Assembly (NCBI GenBank): GCA_030264375.1
Contig: JASCQW010000162.1
Coordinates: 96,002,558 to 96,066,557 of the forward strand
Length of the DNA stretch: 64,000 nucleotides
Origin: Carcharhinus longimanus
Taxonomy: Eukaryota
Direction: 5' to 3'
Both the position numbers and the translations under genes were made by a program. Positions within the stretch are counted from its first letter, which is position 1. Every line of letters begins with the position of its first letter. Below, one piece after another: positions 13,056 to 27,790 of this stretch. Under the pieces are notes generated by a model that saw nothing but the letters and a program-made list of their open reading frames with translations, made no database searches and was not told the origin of the DNA.

Positions 13056-15029
13056 ACTTCTAAAATATAATGAAGAATCTCAGGTGGTCAGGTCTGTGTA
13101 CATGCTATATTGTTAAGCACTAAAAGCATGAGTTAACAAGGTGGCTTTGAATTTCTTCACCGAAAAATACGTGGAGCTACTACCCAATATACATCAGTGC
13201 AATAGGCCACAGTTCCCATATTCGTGCAAAAACTTTTAAACTGCATAGCGTATTTATATTTTTATAAATACATCAGAAAGAAAAGCAGATAAACTTGCCG
13301 CACAGATAAAAATTTAAAAAGATAACCTGAAAAAGAAACAGGACACCTTGGCATTATGAACACTGGAAATTGTAAAAGAAGAGAAACCGTATCCTGCTCA
13401 TTAATGTTTGGTGAATATCTCATATATGATCAATGGCATGATTTTTATTTGCTGCATGGGAGACTGTGTTTACTCAGGAATTAAATGAAGCTCAGGTTTC
13501 TGCTTCTGCCAATCAACAATTATTTACACAATTATATATGGTGAAAGCATCTGGTTTCAAGTCTTTGAAATGGGTCAGACCCAATTTGTACCACCCACCC
13601 AGCCCCATCCCATCCCTGATTTTATGATTCCTTGCCTTTATCTGAGTGTAAAATAAGTGTTTGACTAAAACCAGCATTTTCAAGGTAAAACAGGGGACAC
13701 CCTTTGAGTAGCACTGATACCAGTATGCCTATCTGTTTTTCCAAGAGCAACAGCAGGCCAGATCGTTAAAATGAAACAAGTTTGACTACATTTTGTGGGA
13801 TTTAATCAAATGTTCTTTTCATTGTTGACAGCCTATTCCTTTGGTAAGTAGGCCTTGCAATTTGTTCCAAAATATGAAGGTTAGAAATAGCAATAATTAG
13901 CATCTTCATCATCATCTTGACAGCCAAATGTTCGCATTTAAAGTAGATTTACGATATATATGCACTAATAGTTTGCCACAACATTAGGTCCATGACCCAC
14001 TGTACAAATTGCATTATACTTGGGTGTAGGACAGATCCTAGAAGTAACTGATGACGTACTCAGCAGTTGGTTCATACTAAAATAGTACAGCTATGAATAT
14101 AGAGACTAGTTTAATCAGCAAGTTTTTAAACTTGTTCCCCTCCTATTCCTGTTTCTCTAAGAATGTACAACTCATGTCCCATATTTCTGCCTAAATGATT
14201 AGGTCCATGAGTTTATTGAAGGTATTGTCTAAATCAGCACTGGTTTAATATTTGTTGTAATGAAACAGGTAACTCCTGACTCTTTTAATATTATTAGTTT
14301 TAATTTCAAAGTGTATACGCTGATCTCCAGCCACACGGCGTTCCAAACCCTGGGTGCTGCACTTTGTTACCCTCTCTGGTCAGGAACAGAACTGCAACAG
14401 ACATCACAAACCTGTGTCCAAATCCCAAAATATCCATGAACAATGTCAAGTGAGATCAACCAGTTAATCAAAATGTATTTCATACAAACTTTCAACATTA
14501 AAGCCAAAATTGGTTGGGGAACAATGCAATCAAGGGAAAGACACAGTTGTGGATCAAAATTATTTCTATTATTGGTTCTTGTTTTAGCTATGAGTCTAAT
14601 TCTGCTGTAACATCACTGCTTTCTGTATTGACATTAGCACAGGGTCAAATTAAAATTTGATGCAAAAAACAGGTAGCAGTTTGTGTGTGATTTGCTGATT
14701 AAGCATTAATTTTGAATCACTGTTACATATCAGTAAAATAATAGTTTTATTTTAGATAGCTATCGTCATCACTAACTAACATGAAAAATGGATACATGAC
14801 AGGCAAAACTTGCGAATATTTTTAGATTCTATTTCTCATATTTTGGGTGTTTTATCAGCGTTATCAAATAAAACTGCCTGTTCAGGGAGCATCAACATTT
14901 TAAATCAATTTAAAGTTGGGAAATTTTAACTTTGGCACTAAAACACTATGATAATTTCACGTCATTCACTTGTTATTGACCTTAAGAAGTTGACTGACCA
15001 GTGACTTAAATGAGCGAGGCGTATAAGAC

Positions 15030-16610
15030 TATGAAATAAGTTAATGAGGCTAAAGGTAGATAAGTCTCCTGGTCCTGATGGAATGCATCCCAAGGTACTA
15101 AAAATGATGGCAGGAGAAATAGCAAATGCATTAGTGGTAATTTACCAAAATTTGCTGGACTCTGGGGTGGCTCCCAAGATTGGAAAACAGCAAATGTGAC
15201 GCCGCTGTTTAAAAAAGGAGGTAGATATAAAGGAGGTTAGCTGAACTTCTGCAATATGGAAAATGCTTGAATCTATCATCAACAAAGGAACAGCGAGACA
15301 TCTGGATATAAATTGTCCCATTGGTAAGACGCAGCATGGGTTCATGAAGTGCAGGTCATGTTTGACTAATTTGGTGGAATTCTTTGAGAATATTACATGT
15401 GAAGTGGACAATGGGGAACCTGTGGATGTGGTGTATCTGGATTTCCAGAAGGCATTTAACAAGGTGCTGTACCAAAGACTGCTACATTAGATAAAGGTGC
15501 ACAGTGTTTCGGGTAATGTATTTGCAAGGATAGAAGATTGGTTAACTAACAGAAAGCAAAGAGGGGGTGCAAATGGGTGTTTTTCTGGTTGGCGATCAGT
15601 AACTAGTGGTGTGCCTCAGGGATCAGTGTTGGGACCGCAATTGTTTACGATTTACATAGATGATTTGGNNNNNNNNNNNNNNNNNNNNNNNNNNNNNNNN
15701 NNNNNNNNNNNNNNNNNNNNNNNNNNNNNNNNNNNNNNNNNNNNNNNNNNNNNNNNNNNNNNNNNNNNNNNNNNNNNNNNNNNNNNNNNNNNNNNNNNNN
15801 NNNNNNNNNNNNNNNNNNNNNNNNNNNNNNNNNNNNNNNNNNNNNNNNNNNNNNNNNNNNNNNNNNNNNNNNNNNNNNNNNNNNNNNNNNNNNNNNNNNN
15901 NNNNNNNNNNNNNNNNNNNNNNNNNNNNNNNNNNNNNNNNNNNNNNNNNNNNNNNNNNNNNNNNNNNNNNNNNNNNNNNNNNNNNNNNNNNNNNNNNNNN
16001 NNNNNNNNNNNNNNNNNNNNNNNNNNNNNNNNNNNNNNNNNNNNNNNNNNNNNNNNNNNNNNNNNNNNNNNNNNNNNNNNNNNNNNNNNNNNNNNNNNNN
16101 NNNNNNNNNNNNNNNNNNNNNNNNNNNNNNNNNNNNNNNNNNNNNNNNNNNNNNNNNNNNNNNNNNNNNNNNNNNNNNNNNNNNNNNNNNNNNNNNNNNN
16201 NNNNNNNNNNNNNNNNNNNNNNNNNNNNNNNNNNNNNNNNNNNNNNNNNNNNNNNNNNNNNNNNNNNNNNNNNNNNNNNNNNNNNNNNNNNNNNNNNNNN
16301 NNNNNNNNNNNNNNNNNNNNNNNNNNNNNNNNNNNNNNNNNNNNNNNNNNNNNNNNNNNNNNNNNNNNNNNNNNNNNNNNNNNNNNNNNNNNNNNNNNNN
16401 NNNNNNNNNNNNNNNNNNNNNNNNNNNNNNNNNNNNNNNNNNNNNNNNNNNNNNNNNNNNNNNNNNNNNNNNNNNNNNNNNNTTAAGGGTTATGGTGAGT
16501 GGGCAGGTAAGTGGAGCTGAGTCCACAAAAAGATCAGCCATGATCTTACTGAATGGCAGAGCAGGCTCAAGGGCCAGATGGCCTACTCCTGCTCCTATCT
16601 ATGTTCTTAT
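15030..16610 (+). mobile_element. CR1 LINE (RT to tail) spanning N gap
   Basis: [48 protein letters not shown]; CR1 tail at about 16530-16610. Confidence 0.92.
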
Positions 16611-18651
16611 ACAGTATTGCTCATTTTACCCTACTGCTCAAAGATAAAACTATCCATATCCTCCCTACAACTACATCCACAATTCAAAATCAAATGGCTT
16701 AATGCTTGTCCATTAATCATTTTATGCTTAATCTTGGTACCTAAAGAAAATTTGCTTCCAAGGCTTTATTCAAGATCCTTGGCTAGAAATCAGAGTCCCA
16801 AGTTCGATGTCAATGGAACAGGTTTCACCAGACTCTATAAGGCTAATTGACAGCCAATCACATCCTGTGCCACTTAGAACTTGAACAGGGAATGTGACTT
16901 AGCATAATAATCTATTATAAGCACACAGTCCTTTTAAATGTAGAGAGATGCAGCCCCTTAAAATGGCTGGTACTTGTTAGAAAACAAAAAGTAATCAAAT
17001 CCAAAGGAAGAAGTGTTGGGTGAGATCAATAAGAAATAAATCTAACATGGCACAAAACAAATCTGTGGGAAACTCATGGTGCAGCACAGTATTGGGCAAA
17101 ATGGACTTGTGACCACAAGAAGGTCCCCCTTATTGAAACATTCTGCAGCAATTAGCGCCATGCCTACCAGGAAATAATAACTAGATTCAGTAACGGGGTC
17201 CACTGAGTTCAAATCTGAGAATAGATATAAAACAAGATAACACATTGAGGGAATTTGGTAATTAATAGTGTGGATGGTAGTTAGCCCAAAATTCTACAGC
17301 AATAAAGCACTGTTGACTAGGCTACACATAATTTTGTATGCAAACTTCCTTTTCAATGATGCAAATTAAGGCCTCAGCACAGCACACTGTTACGATGCAA
17401 CGTACCTAACCAGACACACATTCCACAACTTTGCATATAAAACTGTTATTACAAATATGATCACCAACTGTAATGCTGGATGAAAACGACAATCCTCAAT
17501 GATATTCCACTTAGCTCCTTCCAATACTTTTGGAAATGCAGCAGCTACATTATGTATTTCAGTGAGAAAGATGGCAGCACACACTGACTATCAAATATCA
17601 GTCATCTGTTTGGTGCAGATAGTACATGAATTACCTTTGAGATGGTAGCCAAAATTGGGTCAATGATTGGTGGCAGTGATGATCTTGTCAATCGCTAGAA
17701 GTGGTAATCTCATGTTAAATGTTGGCTCTAAGTGTCGTTGCTGCAGATCAATTAAGGAAAGGCAGACTATATGACTTCAAAATGGTAAAGGCATTGCAAC
17801 TGCACACTGTAGTCCAATTATTCCCCATAACTGTACCACACTTAAAGACAATACTTGGTTTTGATTCCCCTTCCATAAAACAATAGGATATAAAGTCATT
17901 TTTAACTAAATCATTGACAGAAAAGGAAAACTTCCAATAAAAGATAAATCTTCCAGTAATCTAAAAGCTTGAAGGCTTCTCTTGCTTCAGTTTGAAGGAA
18001 GGAAAGCAGTATGTATGGCATGAAGCTAATTGCAGTAGGTTTTTATTTAAATATTCTGCATTAAATTTGGCACTTTATGACTAAGTACGTCAGTCCACCA
18101 AATGTAGAAAACAACCAAACTGCGCCCAGTAGGAAATGGGGACTGTACCTACTCTCCAGTTCTGTAACTCCCCTTCACCCATTGCAAACCAGCGGGCACA
18201 TGGTACCACTGGATCTAGCCTTCAGATTAGAAAGCTGCAAGGGACAAGATGTGAATCATTCCCAACAATACACTGAAAAACATTTCTACTACATCTATAT
18301 CTCAATATTTACTGCTACCTATTTGCATGAAATTAATTGCCTACTGTTCATCTGGAAAATATGCAGTTTTGAAGCTGAAAGTAACATGAAAATTAATCAA
18401 AGCATTAAGGTTTAAAAACTTGCAAAGAAAAATTATGTAGTTTCCTTTAAATCATTTAAAAATACACCCAAGGTCACAACAAAAAAGTGCTCATATCATA
18501 GCACCAATTGCCAATATCGCTAAAGGAGCCCCAGCTGCAATGGGAAGTGGGAAGTTAGGAATGTCTGACGACGGAGTTAGAGAAAACTAATCAATTCTCC
18601 AGGATTGATAACCTTCATCTTGATACAGCACAGAGATTAACTGAGAAACAA

Positions 18652-19543
18652 GGAGCAGAATCTCCCAAACATTTTAAGGGTCTTAACGGTGAAAATAACG
18701 GAGCAATCTGCAATGGTTTCTCAGGATGCTCCAGAATGCAATCCTCCCACATTCAGTCACTTTTCTGGAAAGTTGGAGGTTGCATGCTGCTACTGGGGAG
18801 GGGGCTAAATACATCCATGATCCTGTATTCTGAGCACCATTTTGCAAGGCCAGATCTCAGTGCACTGGGAGACCCCCTCCCTCCCACAGACATCAGAACT
18901 CCCTCCCCACCCCATCCTATCAGCACCACATTCCCCCAACCCCTCCCTGACATGGGTCATTGGCCATCAGGGTCATCCTGGTGAGTCAGCCTGCCTTACT
19001 CTTGACCCCACCTGCTTTCATGACTATCTTCATGATCCAGCTCGGTACAAACCCTGGTCGGTCCCCCCGCCTGCACAACCCCCATCATGCCCGCAACTCA
19101 TGTCCTACCCTCTCAACACTGCCCCAACTGACTGGCAGTGCCACCTGTCTGGTGGCCACTACCAGGCTGTCTGATGGGCATTGCCAGTGTGCCAGGTGGG
19201 CACTGCCTGACAATGCCCCCTTCCACACTTTAACGGCCCCCAGGTCCTCCAGCATGACCATCGTGCCAGGTCTCCGCTAGTCAAGACTAGTAGTGATTGA
19301 CACTCGCCGCAGAGGTGAGAACATTCTGGGAAGGAAAAGCTTTGGGTGCCAAACTAGCTAATGTGATCAAAATCCAGTCAATCTCATGCAAATCTGCCTT
19401 GCACCCTTTCTGGGTTCGATCCAGTTCGTGCCCTTAGACGGGAGAATCGCAAACTGTTTGGCAGTGGGTGCAAAACTGATTTTTAGACCCATGCTCTATT
19501 CTCTGGGATCCGCGCCAGGCACAATGAGATTGGAGAATCACCC
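18652..19543. mobile_element. GC-rich non-autonomous DNA transposon (PIF/Harbinger-like)
   Basis: Imperfect inverted termini ggagcagaatctcc ... ggagaatcaccc; GC-rich interior resembles 47072-47690. Confidence 0.5.
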
Positions 19544-21929
19544 AAAGAACATTAGACTACTTAACGTTACCAATCTGTTTTAAAGTCACCTTCTGATATC
19601 TCACCATATCAGATTAATTACTGGATGTTAAACTAACAACTGCTGAAACACAATGAAAATATCTAGTTATTTCAGCAGACAGCTTTCTAGGTTTCAATTT
19701 CTAGACAGGCCAAAAATCAACAGCAGGAAGGTATTAATAAATTACCACAATGGATACAAACTGTTCATACTGACTGTGACAGTGCAACATATAAAATTGC
19801 TGTCAGCAATAAATGGCGTTTAGATCATTTCTGCAGTCCTGCGTTGTGTGTTTGAAAATACATTTCATTGTTCAAAAAGAGCCTGCTGCAGCATTAATAA
19901 GAAACATTTAGTTTAACACATTTAAGGTAAAATGTCTGTGTCTTTGCCAATAAACCTAGTGGAAATGGCAGACAACACACTGGAGGTGGATGAAGTGCAT
20001 AATAACCACAGGTGAGGACTTAGAGCCTTTTTCTGATAATTAAAGATTAAAACGGCTCACCTTTACATCAATGCCTTTAGTTTAGCAAACCTCTACCAAG
20101 CATGAGACTAAAACTTGGAGGTTTTCATTAAAAAAGTGTTGTTATTGCCCATAAAAAAGGTCCAGGAGTACAAATATTAACATAGTGATTTGGTTTATTC
20201 TGGAGGAAAAGTTGTATAAATGTTACATTCTAATACTCCAATTACACATGGCAGCATGTGACATTTTCCTTCACAGTGATACTTTTGGTTCAACTATAAT
20301 TCACGTTTAAGCTCCTTCTTAAACAACTACTTATTTACTAAAAACTTCAAACATCATATCTCGCCTTCTGATAAGTGCCACAACAATGAAAAAAATCTAG
20401 ATAGTAATGGCATACTTCTGTTTTGCGCTATTTTTTGATACAAATCCCAACACAATTACTGGAACCTTACCACCACAAGACGATGTTAATTTCGTTCAAG
20501 AAAACCTTCTCTTTTGACCCATGACTACTCAGTAAATAATTAATAAGTTGAACTGCTGGATATTTGCTTCAGTTTGAACTTAATAAACGGCCACAATGAT
20601 GATTCGCTTCAGTACTCTTTTATTTAAAGACAAATACTTGGAATTTCTCGGCTCCAGCATGGCAAAGTATTAAAAAAATGCTGTAAATCTTCATGTTCCA
20701 AAATGAGCACATGCTTGACAAGGTATCCTCAGATCCAAATGATACATCTTCACATTTTAGCTGCCAGAAATGTCCAGTTTTTATAACTTTACTGTTTTAC
20801 CATCGGATGCAACACAAAGGTTGAAGCAAGTTTGCAGACATTACTATACAGCTAGTTGAAATGTTTGAGATTTTTGAGCTCACACCAATGTATTTAAATA
20901 TTTATATTTAGCTGTGTTCTCACTGACGAATGTAATGTGTTGTGTACAGACACGTTTACTGGACAATCTAAAAGATTTGGGAACAAGAAGTAATCGTAAA
21001 TGATCAGAGTCAAGTAAAACACAAAACTGCGAAGGGGTCTTAAATTTTTAAAAATCCGTTCGCAATACATTGGCAAATTGGGAATGGAAATAATCATAAA
21101 GCAGATTCTGAGTGATCTTTAAACTCTAACAACCTGCTTTTTTTTCCCCCCGTAGAGCTCTTGCCTTAACGTATTTACGAGTAGAAAAAATTGTTTTTAA
21201 CTTTTCAGTTAGAAACTTCTTAAAAGTTACAAAGTACTTACACATAAAAGCTCTGGAATGAACATGGTCTGAACATTTGCACTCCAACAGCCTCCATTTT
21301 TTCCCTGAAAGGTGTTCTGCAAGCCCTTGGAGAACAGTGAAAGTCAAACTGTACAGCAGTATATGTGTCACTGGGGGTGGCTCCAGATAAGGCCCTGGCA
21401 ACTCCAATCCTAGCACAGCTCTATGTCTAAGTGGTGCCTACTGTCTGTCTGCAGCACTCAACCTGTTCAATCCAGCACCTGCATGTGACACAATGGGCCG
21501 GCTCTACCAGACTGTAAATTTATGTTCGCAATATCATCTAAAGAATAATTTTACAGACCTTCGCCACTTAATACACACCCTTATGGCTTGTTAATTAATG
21601 CTGGCTATAGTATATAGATCCATCTACAGTAATGTAATCAAGTTCAGTAACACTGAAATATCTGTAAACCATCAAGATGGTAAATATTACAAACCTTCAC
21701 CCAATGTAATCTATATTTATATGATTACAACAAGCATACAACTGAACCACCTGAATCCTACTATTGCCGCCATACATCGGGTCGGGAAAAGAGAGTTCCT
21801 CTGATTTGACTAAGATTTCTTTACTTCAGTTCTATATCATAAAATGCAAATGGTACACTATTTAATTTGGCGTTACTTTCAATAGGGATTTCAGCCACTG
21901 TACTGTTACCTTTGTACTGTTAGTGGGAA

Positions 21930-22118
21930 AAAAAGACTCAATATTACAGAATTTAAAACCTTAACAGAAACATATCCACAGCTGCATTTTAATGCTTAAG
22001 TAAGTGTAATGAATCATCGGTTCACCTTTCTCCTTTATTTCAGGTGCTAATATACCTTCCGTGCATTTTCAGCACTTATGTTTATCTGAAATTTCCAGTA
22101 TTTGCAGTTTTTCATTTG
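21930..22118. mobile_element. Old palindromic Penelope-type remnant (second family)
   Basis: Imperfect inverted ends aaaagactcaatattacagaattt / aatttccagtatttgcagttttt; resembles 55250-55412. Confidence 0.4.
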
Positions 22119-22339
22119 ATCTTGTTTGTCTCTTCCTATATTTGATTGAATTGCATCTATTCAATCAAATCAGACGTTCAAATAATCATTTATGATCAGT
22201 TTACTGCTGAAGTTAATATTTTTCAACTCCAGAACACACTTAACTTTATCACTTCTTCCTAACAATGCTGCAGTAGTTAGCAGTTAACAGGCTGAAACAG
22301 TTACGAGAAATGAATTTAAATTGCACTGCACATCATAGG

Positions 22340-22612
22340 TTAATGATTTGGATGAGGAAGCTAAATCTCCAAATTTGTGTATGATACAAACTTGAGTGGG
22401 AGAGTGAACTGTGAGAAAGATGCTTCAGCATGAGTTGGACAGGGTGACTGAGTGGGCTTGTCCACCATGTGGACGATGCAGCACCATGTGGATAAACGTG
22501 AGGTTATCCGCTTCAGTAGCAAAAGTAGGAAGGCAGATTATTACTTGAATGGGTATAAATTGAGAGAGATGGATACTCAGCAAGACCCTGATGTCTTTCC
22601 ACATCAGTCACT
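22340..22612 (+). mobile_element. CR1 RT fragment
   Basis: NDLDE, SKFVYDT and VDKREVIRF..ADYYLNG motifs. Confidence 0.75.
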
Positions 22613-22839
22613 TCAGCTAAGATCACAACTCTAATTGACAACAACTCTTAGCAACAACTCTAATTGACAGGGCAGTTTAGACCATCTGAAAACAGGTTAA
22701 ATTATGTAATCCGCATTAATTTACATTTAACTTAACAAATTAAGCAAAAATGACCCATTATCATACACTTAGTAGAACAGTAAATATATTGCTTCATACA
22801 AACAGAAACAGTACAGTTCCAAAGCAGATATGATCTTTT

Positions 22840-23462
22840 GAACTTCATTCATGGGATTTGGGCATTGCTGACGAGGCTAGTATTTACTGCTCATCCCTAA
22901 TTGCCTTTCAGAAGGTGGTGGTGAGCTATTGTCTTGAACTGCTGCAGTCCATGTGGTGTAGGTACATCACTGTGGTATTAAGGAGGGAGTTCCAGAATGT
23001 TGACCCAGTGACAGTGAAGGAATGGCAACATGTTTCAAAGTCAAGATGCTGAGTGACTTGGAGGGGAATTTCCCATTTGGTGTGCTATCCTTGTCCTTCC
23101 AGATGGCAGCGGTTATGGGTTTGGACAGTGCTGCCTAAGGTGCCTTGGTGAGTTCCAGCAGTGCATTTTGTAAATGGTACAATGGCTGCCACTGTTCATC
23201 GGAGATGGACAGAGTGAGTGTTTTCTGAAGGGGTGCGAACCAAGTGGACTGCTTTGTCCTGGATGGCAGGTTACACTCATCCAGGCAAGGAGAAAGTATT
23301 TCACCTCACTTGTGCCTTGTAGATTTCTGGAAATGCTTTAGGAAGTCAGGAGGAGAGTTATTTGTTGCAGCAGTCCTTGCCTCTGACCTGCTTTTGCGGC
23401 AATAATATTTATATGGCTTGTCTAGTTCTGTTTCTGGTCAATAGAAACACCCAGGATGTTGA
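22840..23462 (-). mobile_element. Zenon-like LINE 3' end
   Basis: Tail matches 2120-2290 in reverse; MKYFLLAWMS and FTVTGSTFWNSL motifs on the minus strand. Confidence 0.75.
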
Positions 23463-25226
23463 TATGAAACTTTTATTTTAAAGAAAACAATTTAAATTAA
23501 CAAAGGATTGTTGATGATTTATATTTGATAAAACAATACTTGCAAATCTAGCTTTTTGACTTTAATGGACCTATATTTTCTTCAGTTGATTTTCTGATAG
23601 GGTGCGTCTGGTGACTTATTTAGCAGGTCAGCTTCATTTACATGATCTGAATAAGGCTGAAGACATTACTAGGCCTGATGTTTGGAGTTCAGCAGTGAGA
23701 GGTTGAAAATTGGATGTAAAAAGCCTGTGACAGGTGTTTAAAAGAACTTTAAAGAAAATAGCCATTCAAAAGTTATTAGGTATGTTGATAGTCATTTATG
23801 GCAGTTAATGTATAAATTTCAGCCTATGAAAAGGCAGAATAGGTAACAAAAATGGCAGCAAGCCTCATGGGTCATTCACAATAAATGTGGTAGGGACAGG
23901 CATCACAATTCCTGAACCACCTTTTGAAGGTTGACAAAATGGAAGTAAGGCTGTATGAACAGAAAAATAAGCAGGGCAACAAATTGTGAATGATTCAGCA
24001 TACTGATCATCGATCCACTTTATGCATGCTTATCAGGTGCAACTGATTGTAAATTACTGTCATGTCCAAAGATACATTTCTTTTTGCACTTAATTGTGTT
24101 CAAATTTGTTAGCTTTTTTAACCACATCAAGAGATACAATCTCCACTATAGCTGCACTTTTAAATTCCATACTATTTGCTGTGAACAGTTACTGAATGCA
24201 CCAAACACCCAAATACTGTATTTGAAGTCACACAAATTTATACAGAAAGGCCAAGCTGCGCACCTTATCTGCAAGTTGAGTTGTGTATTAAATGTTCATA
24301 AAATGTCAACACTGTTTCGTTTCCATCAATAAACAGTGATAACAGAAGCTAACATACATTACTTGGGAACCTTAGCCAAGTTCACATACATCAAAAATCA
24401 AAAGTTTGTTTTAAAAAACAAAAGGAGGTAAAGTGGTAGTATAAGTGGAATTGAAATATCTGTGTATAAGATTGCCACTTACTTTTTATCTGGAAATAGA
24501 TAAGCAATGACGCCAGTACAGTAGATATAAACTTTGTCATTAAAAAGGTGAGCATCCAGAGAAAGCAAATATATGTAGGGATAATAATGTAAGCTGGAGG
24601 TTAGTCCGCAGGAATAAGGTTCTAAACTTTGAATGATTTTCAAATATTATCTGAATGAGTTGATTGGTTCCATCTTGTAAGTAACTTCAGCTCAGCGCCA
24701 ACGCATTCACGTTGTTGAAACTCACCCAAGTCAGTGTTTATATTATGCAGAGAATAATTTATCCAACTAAACTTGATGAATCATAGGTGAATAATGTATT
24801 CAGCTCTTGAGACATCAAGATCAGTAAAGTCCCAAATCTGTGCTAATTTAACTGAGACAGGACAATAATAGAATCACTAGCATCTCACTGCTAGCAGTAG
24901 GAGATACTGTTGAAGAAACTAATTTTTGCCAAATAATCTGGCATGGGTTCCTCCCCTCATAAAAGGGAGATTGAGAGAAGGAGCAGTCTGCAATTCATTC
25001 TCTCCTGTCCTCCTTCAGCATTCTTAAGACATGATCTTCGAGCAGTTTCTGTGCTAGGGTCTGGCCAATTTTCATCATGTCTAACTCAAGAATGTTGGGA
25101 TCATTGGGTAATTTTCTAAGCACATGTTGCCATTAGAGAACTTCACCCACATGCAATATATATCACATGGTGAACTGCATTCAACTAAATGGTACATGCT
25201 GAGGGAGTGACATTTCTGACATTTAA

Positions 25227-25572
25227 GGGAGGCAATGGCATAATGATATTGTCTCTGGCCTAGTACTCCAGAGACCCAGGACACTGCCTGGGTTCGAATC
25301 ACAATACGGCAGATGGTGAAATTTGAATTTAATAAAAAAATCAGAAATTTAAAAAGTCTAATGATGACTATGAAACTATTGTTGTTTGTCAGAAAAAACC
25401 ATCTGGTTTGCCAACGTCCTTTAGGGAAGGAAATCTGCCATCTTTACCTGGTCTGGCCTATATGTGACTCCAAATTCACAACAGTGTGGTTGGCTTTTAA
25501 ATGCCCTCTAAGGGCAATTAGTGATGGGCAATAAATGCTCATTCAGCCAGCAACACCCACATCCCACAATTT
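25227..25572 (+). mobile_element. tRNA-derived SINE with Zenon-like LINE 5' body and 3' tail
   Basis: A box tggcataatga (25236), B box gggttcgaatc (25290), body ggaaatctgcc...gtgactcca, tail aagggcaattagtgatgggcaataaatgct. Confidence 0.85.
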
Positions 25573-27189
25573 AGAAAATGACCCCCAATTTATATTATTT
25601 GATTACCAACTCTGCTGTCGTCAGATAATTCATCAAAGTAAGGTGCAACTACTCATCAGAAAAGACACCAACAGTGGCATTTCTTTTTTAAAAAATTACA
25701 AATGAATTTGAAGATCATAATTCATAATTTTAATGTCATTTTATCTAGGTAATGTCAAAACTTAGTCTTCACTTTAAGATACATAATAATTATTTGAATT
25801 AAAAATTCATGTTATTTTCCCAGCTTTTAATGAGTATTATGTTATTAGCATCAGAAACATCAATACTGTGAACCTGCAGCAGCCATAACAACAACCAAAA
25901 ATATCTCATTCAAACGGAGATTTCGAGCAGTGCGGATCTTCCATGATCGGAAAATATATAGTTATTTCAAGCTGTAACAGTCAAAGGCTCCACGGCAGAT
26001 TTTCTCTTTCTCTGTCAATGGCATAGGGTTGCTATGACCTGTAAATAGCAATAGTAAATTAAATATTTCTTTTCAAGTATTTTCCAGAATATGAGGATAC
26101 ACTTTGATTTAAAACACTAAACGACACATTTAATATGAAGAACATCCTAAAATATATTGTAATCATTTCTTGTTGTTCATAAATTTTAAAGAAAACGTTT
26201 TCTTGAAAGAAGTTTAGAAAGGGTAAAAAGTAAATAAATACATACATTATTGAAACTTGCTACTCAAGTTTTATTGCAGATTGGTTTCAAACAAAAAAAA
26301 GACTTTCATCGGCTTTATAGAGTTAATTACTGCCATGTTTGTCCATACAGTCACTCAAGCATTTGAAAACCACTTCTAGAGCATTGAACCATGATAGCCA
26401 ATAACCTGTATAAACCAGTGATGAAGCATCAGCTTGCCCCACCTCTATCCCACCCCTTTCCCAGAATCAGCCTTTTGCTTAGTGCAGAACAGAATCCCAC
26501 AACTGTATTCAGTTTAGCAGTAACTAAAAATCTCTTAACAATCTATAACAGCACTTAATTTTACAGGATATTCAAACTTAACATTTCTTCAATTTCACTT
26601 TGAAACATTTCTAAATTTATCACAGGTGATAAAAAATTATTTGAATTGAAATTTTATAAGAACGTCAATATAATTTCACCTATTGTCAATTTACTCAATA
26701 GTTCGCATGTTTGAACAGCCTATTATACAAATGATCTTTATTTTTAATTTCAACACTCACTGCTAAAGCAGATGTAGCCGTTTCATGACAAAAATTTTGA
26801 CTAAAATGATTTTTGGTTTTAAAATGGCGTTACGTACACTGAAGCATACCACGGTGTCACTTGCCAGAGATATCACTGTGACAAAAATAATGCACAACCT
26901 TTCTCCCTGAATAAAAATAAGTTAACCATGCACAATTTCACCAGCAGAACTTCCTGACACATAAAATGCCAATCTAACCCTAAAAGTATCTCATTCATTT
27001 AGAAAAAGGCAAAAATATGCAACTAGGCCTTTAGTCTAAAAATCGCTACATCCTTACAGTTTTATTATTTTGACACCTGTCAATCCATTTTTCTTTAATT
27101 TGAACTCTTATTCCATAAAACAATATAAAAGCAGAGCTTCTGGGAATTTATAGCTTTGCAACATCATAACAACTTTGAATAAAAAAATG

Positions 27190-27540
27190 AAAGATTCATA
27201 TTTATAAATTACCTTTCACCACTCAGAACACCACAAAACACTTTACAAGCAACTAAGTGGTTCTGCATTTTCATCATTGTTGCAGGGTAGAAAATGCAGC
27301 TGCCAATCACCATGTAGCAAATTCACATAAATGCTAAGTGATAATGGCCAGATAATTTGTTTTAGTAATGTTAGCTGGGTGATTAATATTAGACAGAATA
27401 CTAGGCAGAACTCATCTCCTCTTCTTCAAAATAGTGGAATGGGGTCTGTCACATCGATCCGAGGGAGACAGTTGTGGCTTTGGTTTAACGTGTTATCCAA
27501 GGCTTCTGAAAGCACAGCACTCCCTTTGTACTGTACAGCA
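27190..27540 (-). mobile_element. DeuSINE (SacSINE1-like), old
   Basis: Reverse complement contains ccattccactattttgaagaagaggagatgagttct...taatattaatcacc (Deu-domain-like) followed by the typical tail. Confidence 0.65.
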
Positions 27541-27790
27541 ATGGTTTACAGCTTGTCTGGGACTAACCAGTCTCGATAAAATATTTATATTGTCTGGATC
27601 TGGATCTTCTGTGGATCATTGCTATTTAAATGGTACTGCATGGAATCCTTTGCTATACTTCTCAGTCCGTTCAAAGATTTATCCATCTATGTGAATCACA
27701 AGTTCTCTCATCCTATTTTTCACAGATAAGGGAAGGCTGAATGCCCACGCAGACAATAAAAATAATTAGAAGAGTAATAGGCTTCATCCT

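Noticed and set aside
15497-16541. Long ORFs of 286-329 aa (also 62518-63354)
   Set aside because: The length comes from N runs; the recognisable real parts are CR1 fragments.
20055-20110. Minus-strand exon-like segment with gtgagc donor
   Set aside because: Stops in all three frames and a weak acceptor.
22625-22670. Short local duplications (also 33125-33158)
   Set aside because: Ordinary slippage duplications; no spacer/array structure.
24820-24960. Possible LF-SINE-like remnant
   Set aside because: Too degenerate to support by eye.
25227-25310. tRNA genes at A/B-box sites
   Set aside because: All are SINE heads followed by SINE bodies.
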